Position numbers and translations under genes: made by a program
In this document: positions 28,609 through 36,785 of the stretch, piece by piece
Position numbering within the stretch: position 1 is the first letter of the stretch
Layout: each line of letters starts with the position of its first letter
Notes under the pieces: generated by a model
Database searches by the model: none
Told to the model about the DNA's origin: nothing
Seen by the model: only the letters and a program-made list of their open reading frames with translations
Assembly (NCBI GenBank): GCA_016186645.1
Contig: JACPLF010000007.1
Location: forward strand, 126,651 to 190,650
Origin: Candidatus Levyibacteriota bacterium
GTDB taxonomy: Bacteria; Patescibacteriota; Microgenomatia; Levybacterales; UBA12049
Direction: 5' to 3'
DNA: 64,000 nucleotides

Positions 28609-29466
28609 ATGGTAGATTTAACTTCGGAAAAATTAAAAGATTTAGAAAACAAAGCAAATAAGATAAGACAGATGATTATTGAAATGCTTGTTGAGGCGGG
28701 ATCAGGACATTCAGGAGGACCGCTCGGAATGGCAGATATTTTTACGAGTTTTTATTTTCATATTTTAAATCACGACCCAAAAAATCCAAGTTTGCCTGAC
28801 CGAGACAGACTAGTTTTGTCCAATGGACATATTTGTCCTGTTCAATATGCCACAATGGCTTTGGCCGGATACTTTCCGATTGATGAACTAAAAACTTTAA
28901 GAAAAATAAATTCCCGTTTGCAAGGACATCCTCATAGAAGCTCTCTTCCCGGCGTCGAAACAACTTCAGGGCCTTTGGGTGAAGGATTGTCTCAGGCAAT
29001 TGGAATAGCATTAGCCGGAAAGATGGACAAAAAAAACTATCGTGTTTACTGTCTGACATCTGACGGAGAACATGAGGAAGGAAATACATGGGAAGCAGTT
29101 ATGTTTGCGGCAAAAAATAAATTGAATAATTTAATTCAGGTTATAGACCGCAATTATATTCAAATAGATGGCAGAACAGAAAATGTTATGCCTCTTGATC
29201 CTTTAAAAGAAAAGTATGAATCTTTTAATTGGAATGCAATAGAGGTAGATGGAAATGATATTAAGAGTTTTATTGTGGCTATTGAAAAAGCCAAATCAAT
29301 GTTGGATAAACCAACTATTATAATTGCGAAAACAATTCCGGGAAAAGGTGTGAGTTTTATGGAAAATGATTATCATTGGCACGGCAAGCCGCCAAATAAA
29401 GAAGAAGCCGAGAAAGCTCTAGTTGAACTACAAGCATTGAGAGAAAAAATTATAAAAGGAGAGTAA
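28609..29466 (+). CDS. tkt: Transketolase, N-terminal (ThDP-binding) subunit
   Basis: GSGHSGG, DRDRLVLSNGH, LQGHP, SGPLGEG, SDGE..EGNTWEA, GKG..WHGK. Confidence 0.95.
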   Translation: MVDLTSEKLKDLENKANKIRQMIIEMLVEAGSGHSGGPLGMADIFTSFYFHILNHDPKNPSLPDRDRLVLSNGHICPVQYATMALAGYFPIDELKTLRKINSRLQGHPHRSSLPGVETTSGPLGEGLSQAIGIALAGKMDKKNYRVYCLTSDGEHEEGNTWEAVMFAAKNKLNNLIQVIDRNYIQIDGRTENVMPLDPLKEKYESFNWNAIEVDGNDIKSFIVAIEKAKSMLDKPTIIIAKTIPGKGVSFMENDYHWHGKPPNKEEAEKALVELQALREKIIKGE

Positions 29467-29940
29467 CGATTCTAATATACGAATGTATACTAATAATACG
29501 AATAGAAAAATAAATAAAGACAAACTGATATTTCCCGAACTTTCTTATATGTTAACGGGAATTTGTTTTGACGTCCATAACGCTCTGGGCAGATTCTCTA
29601 AAGAAAAACAATACTGTGATGTGCTGGAAGAAAAATTAAAAAACTCTAACATTCCTTATGAAAGAGAATTAAGAGTAAAAAATACAGGCAACATATTGGA
29701 TTTTCTAATAGATAATAAAATTATAGTGGAAATAAAGGCCAAAAGGATACTTCTAAAAGAAGACTATTATCAATTACAGCGTTATCTTCAAGTACTAAAC
29801 ATGAAACTTGGTTTATTAATAAACTTTCGGAACCGCTACTTAAAACCCGCAAGAATTATCAAAATAGACACAGATGCAAGAAAAAAATTCGTACAACAGT
29901 AGTATTAGTATAATTAGTATGCATTAGTATATTCGTATCG
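29467..29940 (+). mobile_element. GxxExxY nuclease cassette bounded by 38-bp imperfect inverted repeats
   Basis: Left arm 29467-29504 vs reverse complement of 29903-29940 match at 32/38; arms built from ATAC(T/G)AAT units; the cassette fills the gap between the two transketolase genes. Mobility is inferred. Confidence 0.7.
29483..29902 (+). CDS. GxxExxY-family PD-(D/E)xK nuclease-fold protein
   Basis: ELSY..TGICFDVHNALGRFSKEKQY, LDFLIDNKIIVEIKA, QLQRYL..LGLLINF. Confidence 0.85.
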   Translation: MYTNNTNRKINKDKLIFPELSYMLTGICFDVHNALGRFSKEKQYCDVLEEKLKNSNIPYERELRVKNTGNILDFLIDNKIIVEIKAKRILLKEDYYQLQRYLQVLNMKLGLLINFRNRYLKPARIIKIDTDARKKFVQQ

Positions 29941-29943
29941 CTT

Positions 29944-30933
29944 ATGCTTAATCCTGATTTAAAACTCAATCAAAAATTATTTGATCAAGACGTAGAAGTC
30001 AAACCCACTCGCGCGGGCTATGGCGAAGGACTTTTGGCACTTGGAGAAAAAAATCCCAATGTTGTGGCTCTTAGTGCGGACCTGACCGAGTCAACATACG
30101 CTCATCTTTTCGCAGAAAAATATCCTGATAGATTTTTTCAATGCGGTGTTGCCGAACAGAATATGGCAGCAATTGCTGCGGGTCTTGCAGTTAGCGGAAA
30201 AATTCCGTTTATCTCCTCCTACTCAACTTTTTCTCCCGGTAAAAACTGGGAAACTATTCGAACAACTATTATTTATAACAACGCCAATGTAAAAATGGCA
30301 GGCCATCATGCGGGAATAATGACAGGACCCGATGGCGCGACTCACCAGGCAACTGAAGATATTGCAAGCGTGAGAAGCTGGCCAAACATAAAAATTCTTG
30401 TTCCTTGTGACAGTATCGAGGGGAAAAAAGCAACAATTAGCGCTTCCGAAATAACAGGCCCCATCTATCTTCGTTTTTCTCGAGATAAAACGCCAATTAT
30501 AACAACCCCTGAGACTCCATTTGAGGTAGGCAAAATTCAAACTTTTTGGACAACGGAAAATCCTGTTGCCACTATTTTTGCAACAGGGTACATGCTTTAC
30601 TATTCAATTTTGGCCGCGAAAGAATTAGAGATAGATGGAATAAAAGTATTAGTCGCAAATGTCTCAGCAATAAAACCAATGGATCAAGAAGCTGTACTTT
30701 CTTATGCTAAGAATACTAAAGCATTTGTTACTGTTGAAGATCATCAAATAACAGGCGGGCTTGGCGGTGCAATTGCAGAATTTCTAGCTAAATTTATTCC
30801 AACGCCAATGGAATTTATCGGACTAAAAGACACATTTGCAGAATCGGGCGCACCAAAAGAGCTGATTGAAAAATATGGGATGGGGAAAGAAAGTATAAAA
30901 GAAGCAGTAAGAAAAGTGATTGGAAGAAAATGA
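29944..30933 (+). CDS. tkt: Transketolase, C-terminal subunit
   Basis: LSADL, GVAEQNM, GPDGATHQ, YLRFSR, TVEDHQITGGLG. Confidence 0.95.
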   Translation: MLNPDLKLNQKLFDQDVEVKPTRAGYGEGLLALGEKNPNVVALSADLTESTYAHLFAEKYPDRFFQCGVAEQNMAAIAAGLAVSGKIPFISSYSTFSPGKNWETIRTTIIYNNANVKMAGHHAGIMTGPDGATHQATEDIASVRSWPNIKILVPCDSIEGKKATISASEITGPIYLRFSRDKTPIITTPETPFEVGKIQTFWTTENPVATIFATGYMLYYSILAAKELEIDGIKVLVANVSAIKPMDQEAVLSYAKNTKAFVTVEDHQITGGLGGAIAEFLAKFIPTPMEFIGLKDTFAESGAPKELIEKYGMGKESIKEAVRKVIGRK

Positions 30934-30938
30934 TTATG

Positions 30939-31009
30939 CGATGCTAATATACTAATTCGTACCAATAATACGAATTTGTATCATTAGTAACATTCGTATA
31001 TTGGCATCG
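30939..31009. repeat. Gene-less copy of the GxxExxY flanking inverted-repeat element
   Basis: cgatgctaatatactaat...attcgtatattggcatcg; left arm 31/37 identical to 29467-29503. Confidence 0.8.
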
Positions 31010-31014
31010 ATTTT

Positions 31015-32667
31015 ATGAATGACAATCTCGCACAACAACTTAAAGCCGTCATCAAAGGTGATATTTTATCAGATGAAAAAACACTTACCGAGTATAGTCA
31101 TGATGCAAGTCTTTTTGAAGTAAAACCTCAAGTAGTTGTAAATCCAAAAGATGTATGTGACTTAAAAGCATTAGTAAAATTTGTCAGTGAAAATAAGAAA
31201 AATAATCCTTCTTTCTCTTTAACTGCAAGATCCGGCGGAACAGATATGGGCGGAGGGGCAATAAACGATTCTATTGTTGTTGCTTTTCAAAAATACTTTA
31301 ATCATATGAAACCTATAAATAACAATATTGCCAGCGTAGAGCCCGGTGTATTTTATAGAGAATTTGAAGAGCAAACTCTAAAACAGGGTCTTATTTTTCC
31401 ATCTTATCCTGCATCTAAGGAAATCTGTTGCCTGGGAGGAATTGTAAATAATAATGCCGGAGGAGAAAAATCACTTAAGTATGGAACAACAGGACAGTAT
31501 GTTAAAAGAGTAAGGGTAGTTCTTTCCGATGGCAACGAATACGAGTTCAAACCCCTTTTTGAAAATGAATTAAATGAAAAAATGAAACAGGAAAATTTTG
31601 AAGGAGAAATATATAGAAAAATGTATAGACTTATTATTGATAATTATGCCGAAATTATAAAAGCCAAACCTGATGTATCCAAAAACTCCGCAGGATATTA
31701 TTTATGGAATGTGTGGGACAAAGAAAAACGAATTTTCGATTTAACAAAGTTATGGGTTGGCGCTCAAGGAACATTGGGCTTACTTGTTGAGGCAGACATT
31801 CAACTTGTGCCTATTCGCAAACACCGCGACATGATGATTATTTTTTTACATGACTTGTCCCACCTAAGTCAGATTGTTAAAGAAGTCTTATCTTTTAATC
31901 CTGAAAGTTTTGAAGCATATGATGATAGTACTTTAAAGCTTGCGCTAAGATTTTTCCCCGAATTTGCTAAATTATTAGGAACAAAAGGAATTATTCAAAC
32001 AGCCCTTAGTTTTCTCCCGGAATTTTTTATGATCATGTTTGGAGGTTTGCCTAAATTAGTTCTTCAGGTTGATTTTACCGGAGACAATATTGAAGACTTG
32101 CAGAACAAAATCAAAAAACTTAAAGAAAGATTAAAACCTCTTCATCTGCAAATAAGAATTGCTCAAGAAAATCAGGAAGAAAAATATTGGGCAATAAGAC
32201 GCGAAAGCTTTAACTTGCTTCGTAAAAAAGTACGCAATAAACACACAGCTCCTTTTATAGATGACTTTATTGTTAAGCCGGAATATTTATCAAAAATTTT
32301 GCCGCAGGTAGTAAAGATTATCAAAAAACATCCGGAATTTATGTATACAATTGCAGGGCACGTTGGAGATGGGAATTTCCATATTATACCACTGGTTGAT
32401 ATTGCTAATCCTAATGTAAGAAAAAATATTCCAATTATTGCAGATCAAATTTACGATTTGGTTATTAAATATAAGGGCTCTATAACAGGAGAACATAACG
32501 ACGGACTTATTCGCACTCCCTATCTAAAACGAATGTATGGTCAAAAAATAATTTCTCTTTTTGAAGAGACCAAAAACGTTTTTGATTCCCAGAACATATT
32601 TAACCCGCGAAAAAAAGTCTTTGGAGATATCAATTTTGCAATGAACCACATCCGACAAAATTGGTAA
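31015..32667 (+). CDS. FAD-linked oxidase (D-lactate/glycolate dehydrogenase-like)
   Basis: YSHDAS, RSGGTDMGG, GGIVNNNAGG, GAQGTLG, GHVGDGNFH, GSITGEHNDG, IFNP. Confidence 0.88.
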   Translation: MNDNLAQQLKAVIKGDILSDEKTLTEYSHDASLFEVKPQVVVNPKDVCDLKALVKFVSENKKNNPSFSLTARSGGTDMGGGAINDSIVVAFQKYFNHMKPINNNIASVEPGVFYREFEEQTLKQGLIFPSYPASKEICCLGGIVNNNAGGEKSLKYGTTGQYVKRVRVVLSDGNEYEFKPLFENELNEKMKQENFEGEIYRKMYRLIIDNYAEIIKAKPDVSKNSAGYYLWNVWDKEKRIFDLTKLWVGAQGTLGLLVEADIQLVPIRKHRDMMIIFLHDLSHLSQIVKEVLSFNPESFEAYDDSTLKLALRFFPEFAKLLGTKGIIQTALSFLPEFFMIMFGGLPKLVLQVDFTGDNIEDLQNKIKKLKERLKPLHLQIRIAQENQEEKYWAIRRESFNLLRKKVRNKHTAPFIDDFIVKPEYLSKILPQVVKIIKKHPEFMYTIAGHVGDGNFHIIPLVDIANPNVRKNIPIIADQIYDLVIKYKGSITGEHNDGLIRTPYLKRMYGQKIISLFEETKNVFDSQNIFNPRKKVFGDINFAMNHIRQNW

Positions 32668-32670
32668 ATT

Positions 32671-33222
32671 ATGGGAACTGTAACTTTAGGCGGAGGGCCT
32701 GCCCGCTATGCCACGGCAACCCTGGCAGGCGGGTGTTTCTGGTGCACAGAGGCTTTGTTCAAACGATTAAAAGGAGTTTTGTCTGTTGTTTCAGGATACA
32801 GCGGAGGGGAAACGGATAATCCATCTTATGACAAAGTCTCTCAGGGTACCACAGGACATGCTGAAGCGATCCAGATTGAGTTTGATCCGTCTATAATTTC
32901 TTATGAAAAGATTCTTAAGGTTTTTTGGGCTACTCACGACCCAACCACTTTAAATCGGCAAGGAGCTGACGTTGGCACACAATACAGATCTGTTATTTTC
33001 TATCATAATGAAAAACAAAAAGAACTAGCTGAGAAATCCAAACAGCCTTCTTTTGTAACCCAAATTCTGCCATTTGATAAGTTTTATAAAGCAGAAGATT
33101 ACCACCAAAATTTCTATGACAAAAATAAATCATATCCCTATTGTCAGATTGTGATAAATCCAAAAATCCAAAAACTCTTGGAACAATTTAAAAAGGACGT
33201 AAAAGAAGATGCAAATAATTAA
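32671..33222 (+). CDS. msrA: Peptide methionine sulfoxide reductase A
   Basis: GGCFWC, GYSGG, TGHAE, HDPTTLNRQGADVGTQYRS, AEDYHQ. Confidence 0.96.
   Translation: MGTVTLGGGPARYATATLAGGCFWCTEALFKRLKGVLSVVSGYSGGETDNPSYDKVSQGTTGHAEAIQIEFDPSIISYEKILKVFWATHDPTTLNRQGADVGTQYRSVIFYHNEKQKELAEKSKQPSFVTQILPFDKFYKAEDYHQNFYDKNKSYPYCQIVINPKIQKLLEQFKKDVKEDANN
32698..32733. repeat. 36-bp cctgcc...ggcggg hairpin in frame before the MsrA catalytic Cys
   Basis: cctgcccgcta...tggcaggcggg, 11-bp stem with 1 mismatch and G-T pairs; encodes PARYATATLAGG. Confidence 0.6.
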
Positions 33223-33847
33223 GCCTCATACAGTATTGGAAGAAAAGCTTTGGAAGAAAGGTTTTATTAATGTTGTGGGCATTGATGAAGCGGGAAAGGG
33301 ACCATGGGCCGGGCCGGTAACTGCTGGCGCTGTACTTATTCATTCTAAAAAACAGGTTGTAAAAACTGTTCGCGACAGTAAGCTGATGACGAAGTTACAA
33401 AGAGAAAAAGCTTTTGAAAAAATTATTAAAAAATCTTCAGGATTCGGAATTGGAATTGTCAGCGAACAAGAAATAGATAAGATTGGTATTCAAAAAGCAG
33501 TAAAAAAAGCAATGTTAATCGCTTTAAAAAACTTAAAATTGAAATTTAAAATTAAAATATCCTATCTTCTCGTCGATGGATCCAAGACTATACCCCTTAG
33601 AAAAAAGAATGCTAAAAGAATTTTAAGAGGAGGGCTTTATCATTATTCTATATCCGCAGCATCGGTTCTCGCAAAAGTAACGAGGGACGAATTAATGAAA
33701 AAAATGTCTAAGCAATATCCGAACTACGGATTTGAAAGACATGTAGGATATGGAACAAAACTGCATATGGAAAAACTTAAGACGCATGGGTTTTCCCCTA
33801 TTCATAGAAAGTCCTTTGCTCCAATAAAAAACATGCTCAATGTCTGA
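33209..33847 (+). CDS. rnhB: Ribonuclease HII
   Basis: GIDEAGKGPWAGPV, DSK, LVDG, ISAASVLAKVTRD, GYGT..H, HRKSF. Confidence 0.95.
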   Translation: MQIIKPHTVLEEKLWKKGFINVVGIDEAGKGPWAGPVTAGAVLIHSKKQVVKTVRDSKLMTKLQREKAFEKIIKKSSGFGIGIVSEQEIDKIGIQKAVKKAMLIALKNLKLKFKIKISYLLVDGSKTIPLRKKNAKRILRGGLYHYSISAASVLAKVTRDELMKKMSKQYPNYGFERHVGYGTKLHMEKLKTHGFSPIHRKSFAPIKNMLNV

Positions 33848-33934
33848 AGAATTATTTATTTTTGATAAGAAGGTGCTGAGTAATCCATTGAAGATTTATT
33901 ATATCAAAATAGTTAAGATGTCCATACTTCCTAA

Positions 33935-34573
33935 TTAATTTCTCTTTAAATGTTCTGGTTCTGTTGTTCCTCTTCGTTTTGCGTATAAAAGATAAGGAAT
34001 TATGCTTAATAAATTTGTAGTTGCTGCCAGATAAAATAAAAACGTAAAGCCATAACTACTAGCAACAAAACCGCCAATGGTTGCAGACATTGCCATTCCC
34101 ATAAAAACAAATCCGTCGTAAATACTCCACTCCGTAACTTCTTTATTTTTATCTAGATGCATAGAAAACAAAGAATTTTTTGCAGGGGTGGCAATTCCCA
34201 GTCCCATTCCAATTACGCTATAGAAAATAAATATCGAAGTAACGCTGGTCGTCATAGCAAATCCTAAATAACCGATACTAATAAGAATAATTCCGGCAAT
34301 AGATATTATGAATTTTTTCATTTCCTTTGATTTGGATAAATATCGGCCGCTAATCAATTCAAAAATAACTCTAACAATCAAATAGCAGCTAAAGGAAGAG
34401 GCGGCAATTTCTGTACTGCCCCCCGGTATTTTGGTAGCTGCAAAAATGGCAAAGATTGGAATAATCGCGTTCCAAGAAGACCAAAGAAATATCTCAGAGA
34501 TTATAAATGCTTTAACGACTCCATTCATGTGGAAATCTGAAGGTTTTCTCCCAATAAAAATTTCTTTTATCAT
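33935..34573 (-). CDS. Half-size (6-TM) MFS-like transporter
   Basis: 212 aa, six hydrophobic segments, MFS-like GRYLSK loop and ATIGGFVASSYGF. Confidence 0.7.
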   Translation of the reverse strand: MIKEIFIGRKPSDFHMNGVVKAFIISEIFLWSSWNAIIPIFAIFAATKIPGGSTEIAASSFSCYLIVRVIFELISGRYLSKSKEMKKFIISIAGIILISIGYLGFAMTTSVTSIFIFYSVIGMGLGIATPAKNSLFSMHLDKNKEVTEWSIYDGFVFMGMAMSATIGGFVASSYGFTFLFYLAATTNLLSIIPYLLYAKRRGTTEPEHLKRN

Positions 34574-34636
34574 TACTTTAGCATAACAAATTAAAGCAGT
34601 ATTGCAAATTTAGATTAAAGCTGTTAATCTTGATCC

Positions 34637-35788
34637 GTGAATTCTTATCACAAGCTCCTACGTTCAATTGGACTTATCATAGTATTAATAATAGTAGGGA
34701 CTATTTTAACTAAGTATGCTCCTATAAAAACTGCTACTATCCCCATATCCGTAACTACTCAGGATGTTCCGGAAATGGCAGATATTTTAGATCCTAGTAA
34801 TCAAGAAAAAAGATTAAAAGCAGCAAGAAAATTAGTAGAAAGAGTTGATGTCGAACAGGCTTTGGAGATTTTGGAACACTCTAGCCTACCGCATACCGGA
34901 GAAGGTCATTTGGTTGTACATCAAATTGGATTTTATGCTTACAAAAAATATGGGGTGGATTCAATTCTAAAATGCAAAGATTACTTTCTTTATGCTTGCT
35001 ATCATGGGACAATAATTGAAGCAGCGTCCAACGAGGGTTTTGAAGCGATTAAAAAAATGACGGATAAATGTAAAGCATCTCCTGTCAGATATTTCCAGTG
35101 CGTTCATGCTGCGGGCCATTCAATTCTCGCCATGTGGAATTATGATATGCCCAAAGCATTAGAAACTTGCGATTCGATTTATGAAAAAGAAACGGAATTT
35201 CCAGAGGCCTTATCATCTTGTCATAATGGCTCTTTTATGGAAAACCTTTTCGGAGTACATGATTGGGGCAGTGGCAAAGAACCCGTAAGAGATTGGCTGT
35301 CTGATGATCCGTATTTTCCCTGCAACTATTTTGGAGAAAAATATCAAAGGGGATGTTGGCTCAACCAAGCAGCTAGGATTTATCAGATGAACAAAGGAGA
35401 CATGGTTAAAACTTCTCAAATTTGCCAGGAAGCTGGCAATTCAGAATACGTGGCCTGGTGTATGGACAATGTAGCAAGACAAATTCATCCATTAACTCTG
35501 GGAGATCCTGCCAAATCTTTTGAACTTTGTCAGCAAGAAGGAGTCGATTGGTATGATAATTGCCTGGTAGTAAATGCCGGATCATTTTATTCGGTTGGAG
35601 GACGCGACCAGGCAATATTTATCTGTCAAAATGTACCCCCGCATTTAAAGAATGAATGCTACCAAAGAGTAATTGGGCAAATTGTTTCTGACCCAATTGA
35701 TGTCGGACAAAAACAAGCTCTTTGTCAAAAACTTGAGCAGCCGTTCAATAATCATTGCTTCGCAGGCCTGACCCCTGTAAATTTTTAA
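34637..35788 (+). CDS. Membrane-anchored exported Cys/His-rich protein (one HxxxH/CYHG/CxHxxGH domain)
   Basis: N-terminal TM; GHLVVHQIG, ACYHG, CVHAAGH, CHNGSFMEN, DDPYFPC; many spaced Cys. Confidence 0.75.
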   Translation: MNSYHKLLRSIGLIIVLIIVGTILTKYAPIKTATIPISVTTQDVPEMADILDPSNQEKRLKAARKLVERVDVEQALEILEHSSLPHTGEGHLVVHQIGFYAYKKYGVDSILKCKDYFLYACYHGTIIEAASNEGFEAIKKMTDKCKASPVRYFQCVHAAGHSILAMWNYDMPKALETCDSIYEKETEFPEALSSCHNGSFMENLFGVHDWGSGKEPVRDWLSDDPYFPCNYFGEKYQRGCWLNQAARIYQMNKGDMVKTSQICQEAGNSEYVAWCMDNVARQIHPLTLGDPAKSFELCQQEGVDWYDNCLVVNAGSFYSVGGRDQAIFICQNVPPHLKNECYQRVIGQIVSDPIDVGQKQALCQKLEQPFNNHCFAGLTPVNF

Positions 35789-35798
35789 GGTTAATATT

Positions 35799-36446
35799 AT
35801 GGAACCAGAAATCCAGAAATTATTGCATTCGTTTTTTGACAAATTTGAGTTGAAATTATTTGACAAAGGAAAAACGATTATAGGACCCACGAATGATAAG
35901 ATATTTTTTTTGACCAAGGGAGTAGTAAAAATGCTTGGCCTTTCAAAAAAAGGAAAGGATCTAACTCTAAATATATATAAGGCATATTCATTATTTCCTA
36001 TATCTTTGATTTTTAATATGCGAAATAAATATATATTTAAATCATTAACGGAAACGCAGGGATATTTCGCCCCTAAAAAAAAATTAGATCTGTTCATCAG
36101 CAAAAATCCAATTGTGCTTTTCGATCTATTAAAAAGAGTTTATCAGGGTTTAGACGGATTTTTTATGCTTTGGGAAGCTCTGCTTTCAGGAAATTCTCTC
36201 TATAAAGTATTGACTCAGTTAATTATTTACGCGAAGCGGTTTGGTCAAAGAAATCACAACACAATTACTTTTGATTGGCATCTTACCCACGGTCAATTAG
36301 CTTCTCAAACAGGCCTTGCCCGAGAATCAGTCACCAGGCAAATTAAAAAACTTCAGAATAAAGGCTTGATTGGTTACTCCGGCAAAAAGATATTTATTTA
36401 CGACCTTTCTAAATTGGAAAAAGAACATTCTTCCTTGTCTAAATGA
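35799..36446 (+). CDS. Crp/Fnr-family transcriptional regulator
   Basis: cNMP-binding-like N-domain (IFFLTKGVVK) and HTH LTHGQLASQTGLARESVTRQIKKL. Confidence 0.92.
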   Translation: MEPEIQKLLHSFFDKFELKLFDKGKTIIGPTNDKIFFLTKGVVKMLGLSKKGKDLTLNIYKAYSLFPISLIFNMRNKYIFKSLTETQGYFAPKKKLDLFISKNPIVLFDLLKRVYQGLDGFFMLWEALLSGNSLYKVLTQLIIYAKRFGQRNHNTITFDWHLTHGQLASQTGLARESVTRQIKKLQNKGLIGYSGKKIFIYDLSKLEKEHSSLSK

Positions 36447-36478
36447 AATTCCAAATTACCTCTTGACAAACGATAAGA

Positions 36479-36498
36479 ATTGTGACCAAAATTACAAT
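36479..36498. promoter_or_regulatory. CRP-type binding site
   Basis: TGTGA-ccaaaa-TTACA (36481-36496), one mismatch from TGTGA-N6-TCACA; just downstream of TTGACA (36463-36468) and upstream of the 36507 ORF. Confidence 0.7.
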
Positions 36499-36506
36499 AG
36501 GGGAAA

Positions 36507-36785
36507 ATGGATAATCAAAATAAAATAACATCTATCTTATTTCTTCTTAAAAAAAAGAAAATACTTATTGGAGTACCATTGCTTCTGCTTTCTGTCGGAG
36601 TAATTTATGTTGGGCTAGTGCGATTTGGAGTTATCAAAGATCCTTTCCCTCTTCCTAATATACCTTTTCTTCAAACAGTCCCACAAGTTTCTATAAAAAC
36701 AGAATACAAAAATCCTTTTGATAAAAAAACCCAGTACGTAAATCCATTTGACACTTATAAAAATCCTTTTGTAATTGCAAAATAA
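36507..36785 (+). CDS. Small single-TM protein with three NPF repeats
   Basis: TM followed by YKNPF..YVNPF..YKNPF; stop overlaps the next start (TAATG). Confidence 0.65.
   Translation: MDNQNKITSILFLLKKKKILIGVPLLLLSVGVIYVGLVRFGVIKDPFPLPNIPFLQTVPQVSIKTEYKNPFDKKTQYVNPFDTYKNPFVIAK

Noticed and set aside
29467-29940. GxxExxY arms as CRISPR repeats or as IS ends with a DDE transposase
   Set aside because: Arms are inverted, not direct. No transposase motif and no clear target-site duplication.
33525-33560. AT-rich periodic stretch in rnhB (LKNLKLKFKIK)
   Set aside because: Period is about 6 and explained by alternating Lys/hydrophobic codons; not counted among the 7-mer arrays.
36690-36775. NPF triplets as eukaryotic EH-domain ligands
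   Set aside because: No evidence of a eukaryotic host; kept only as a descriptive motif.
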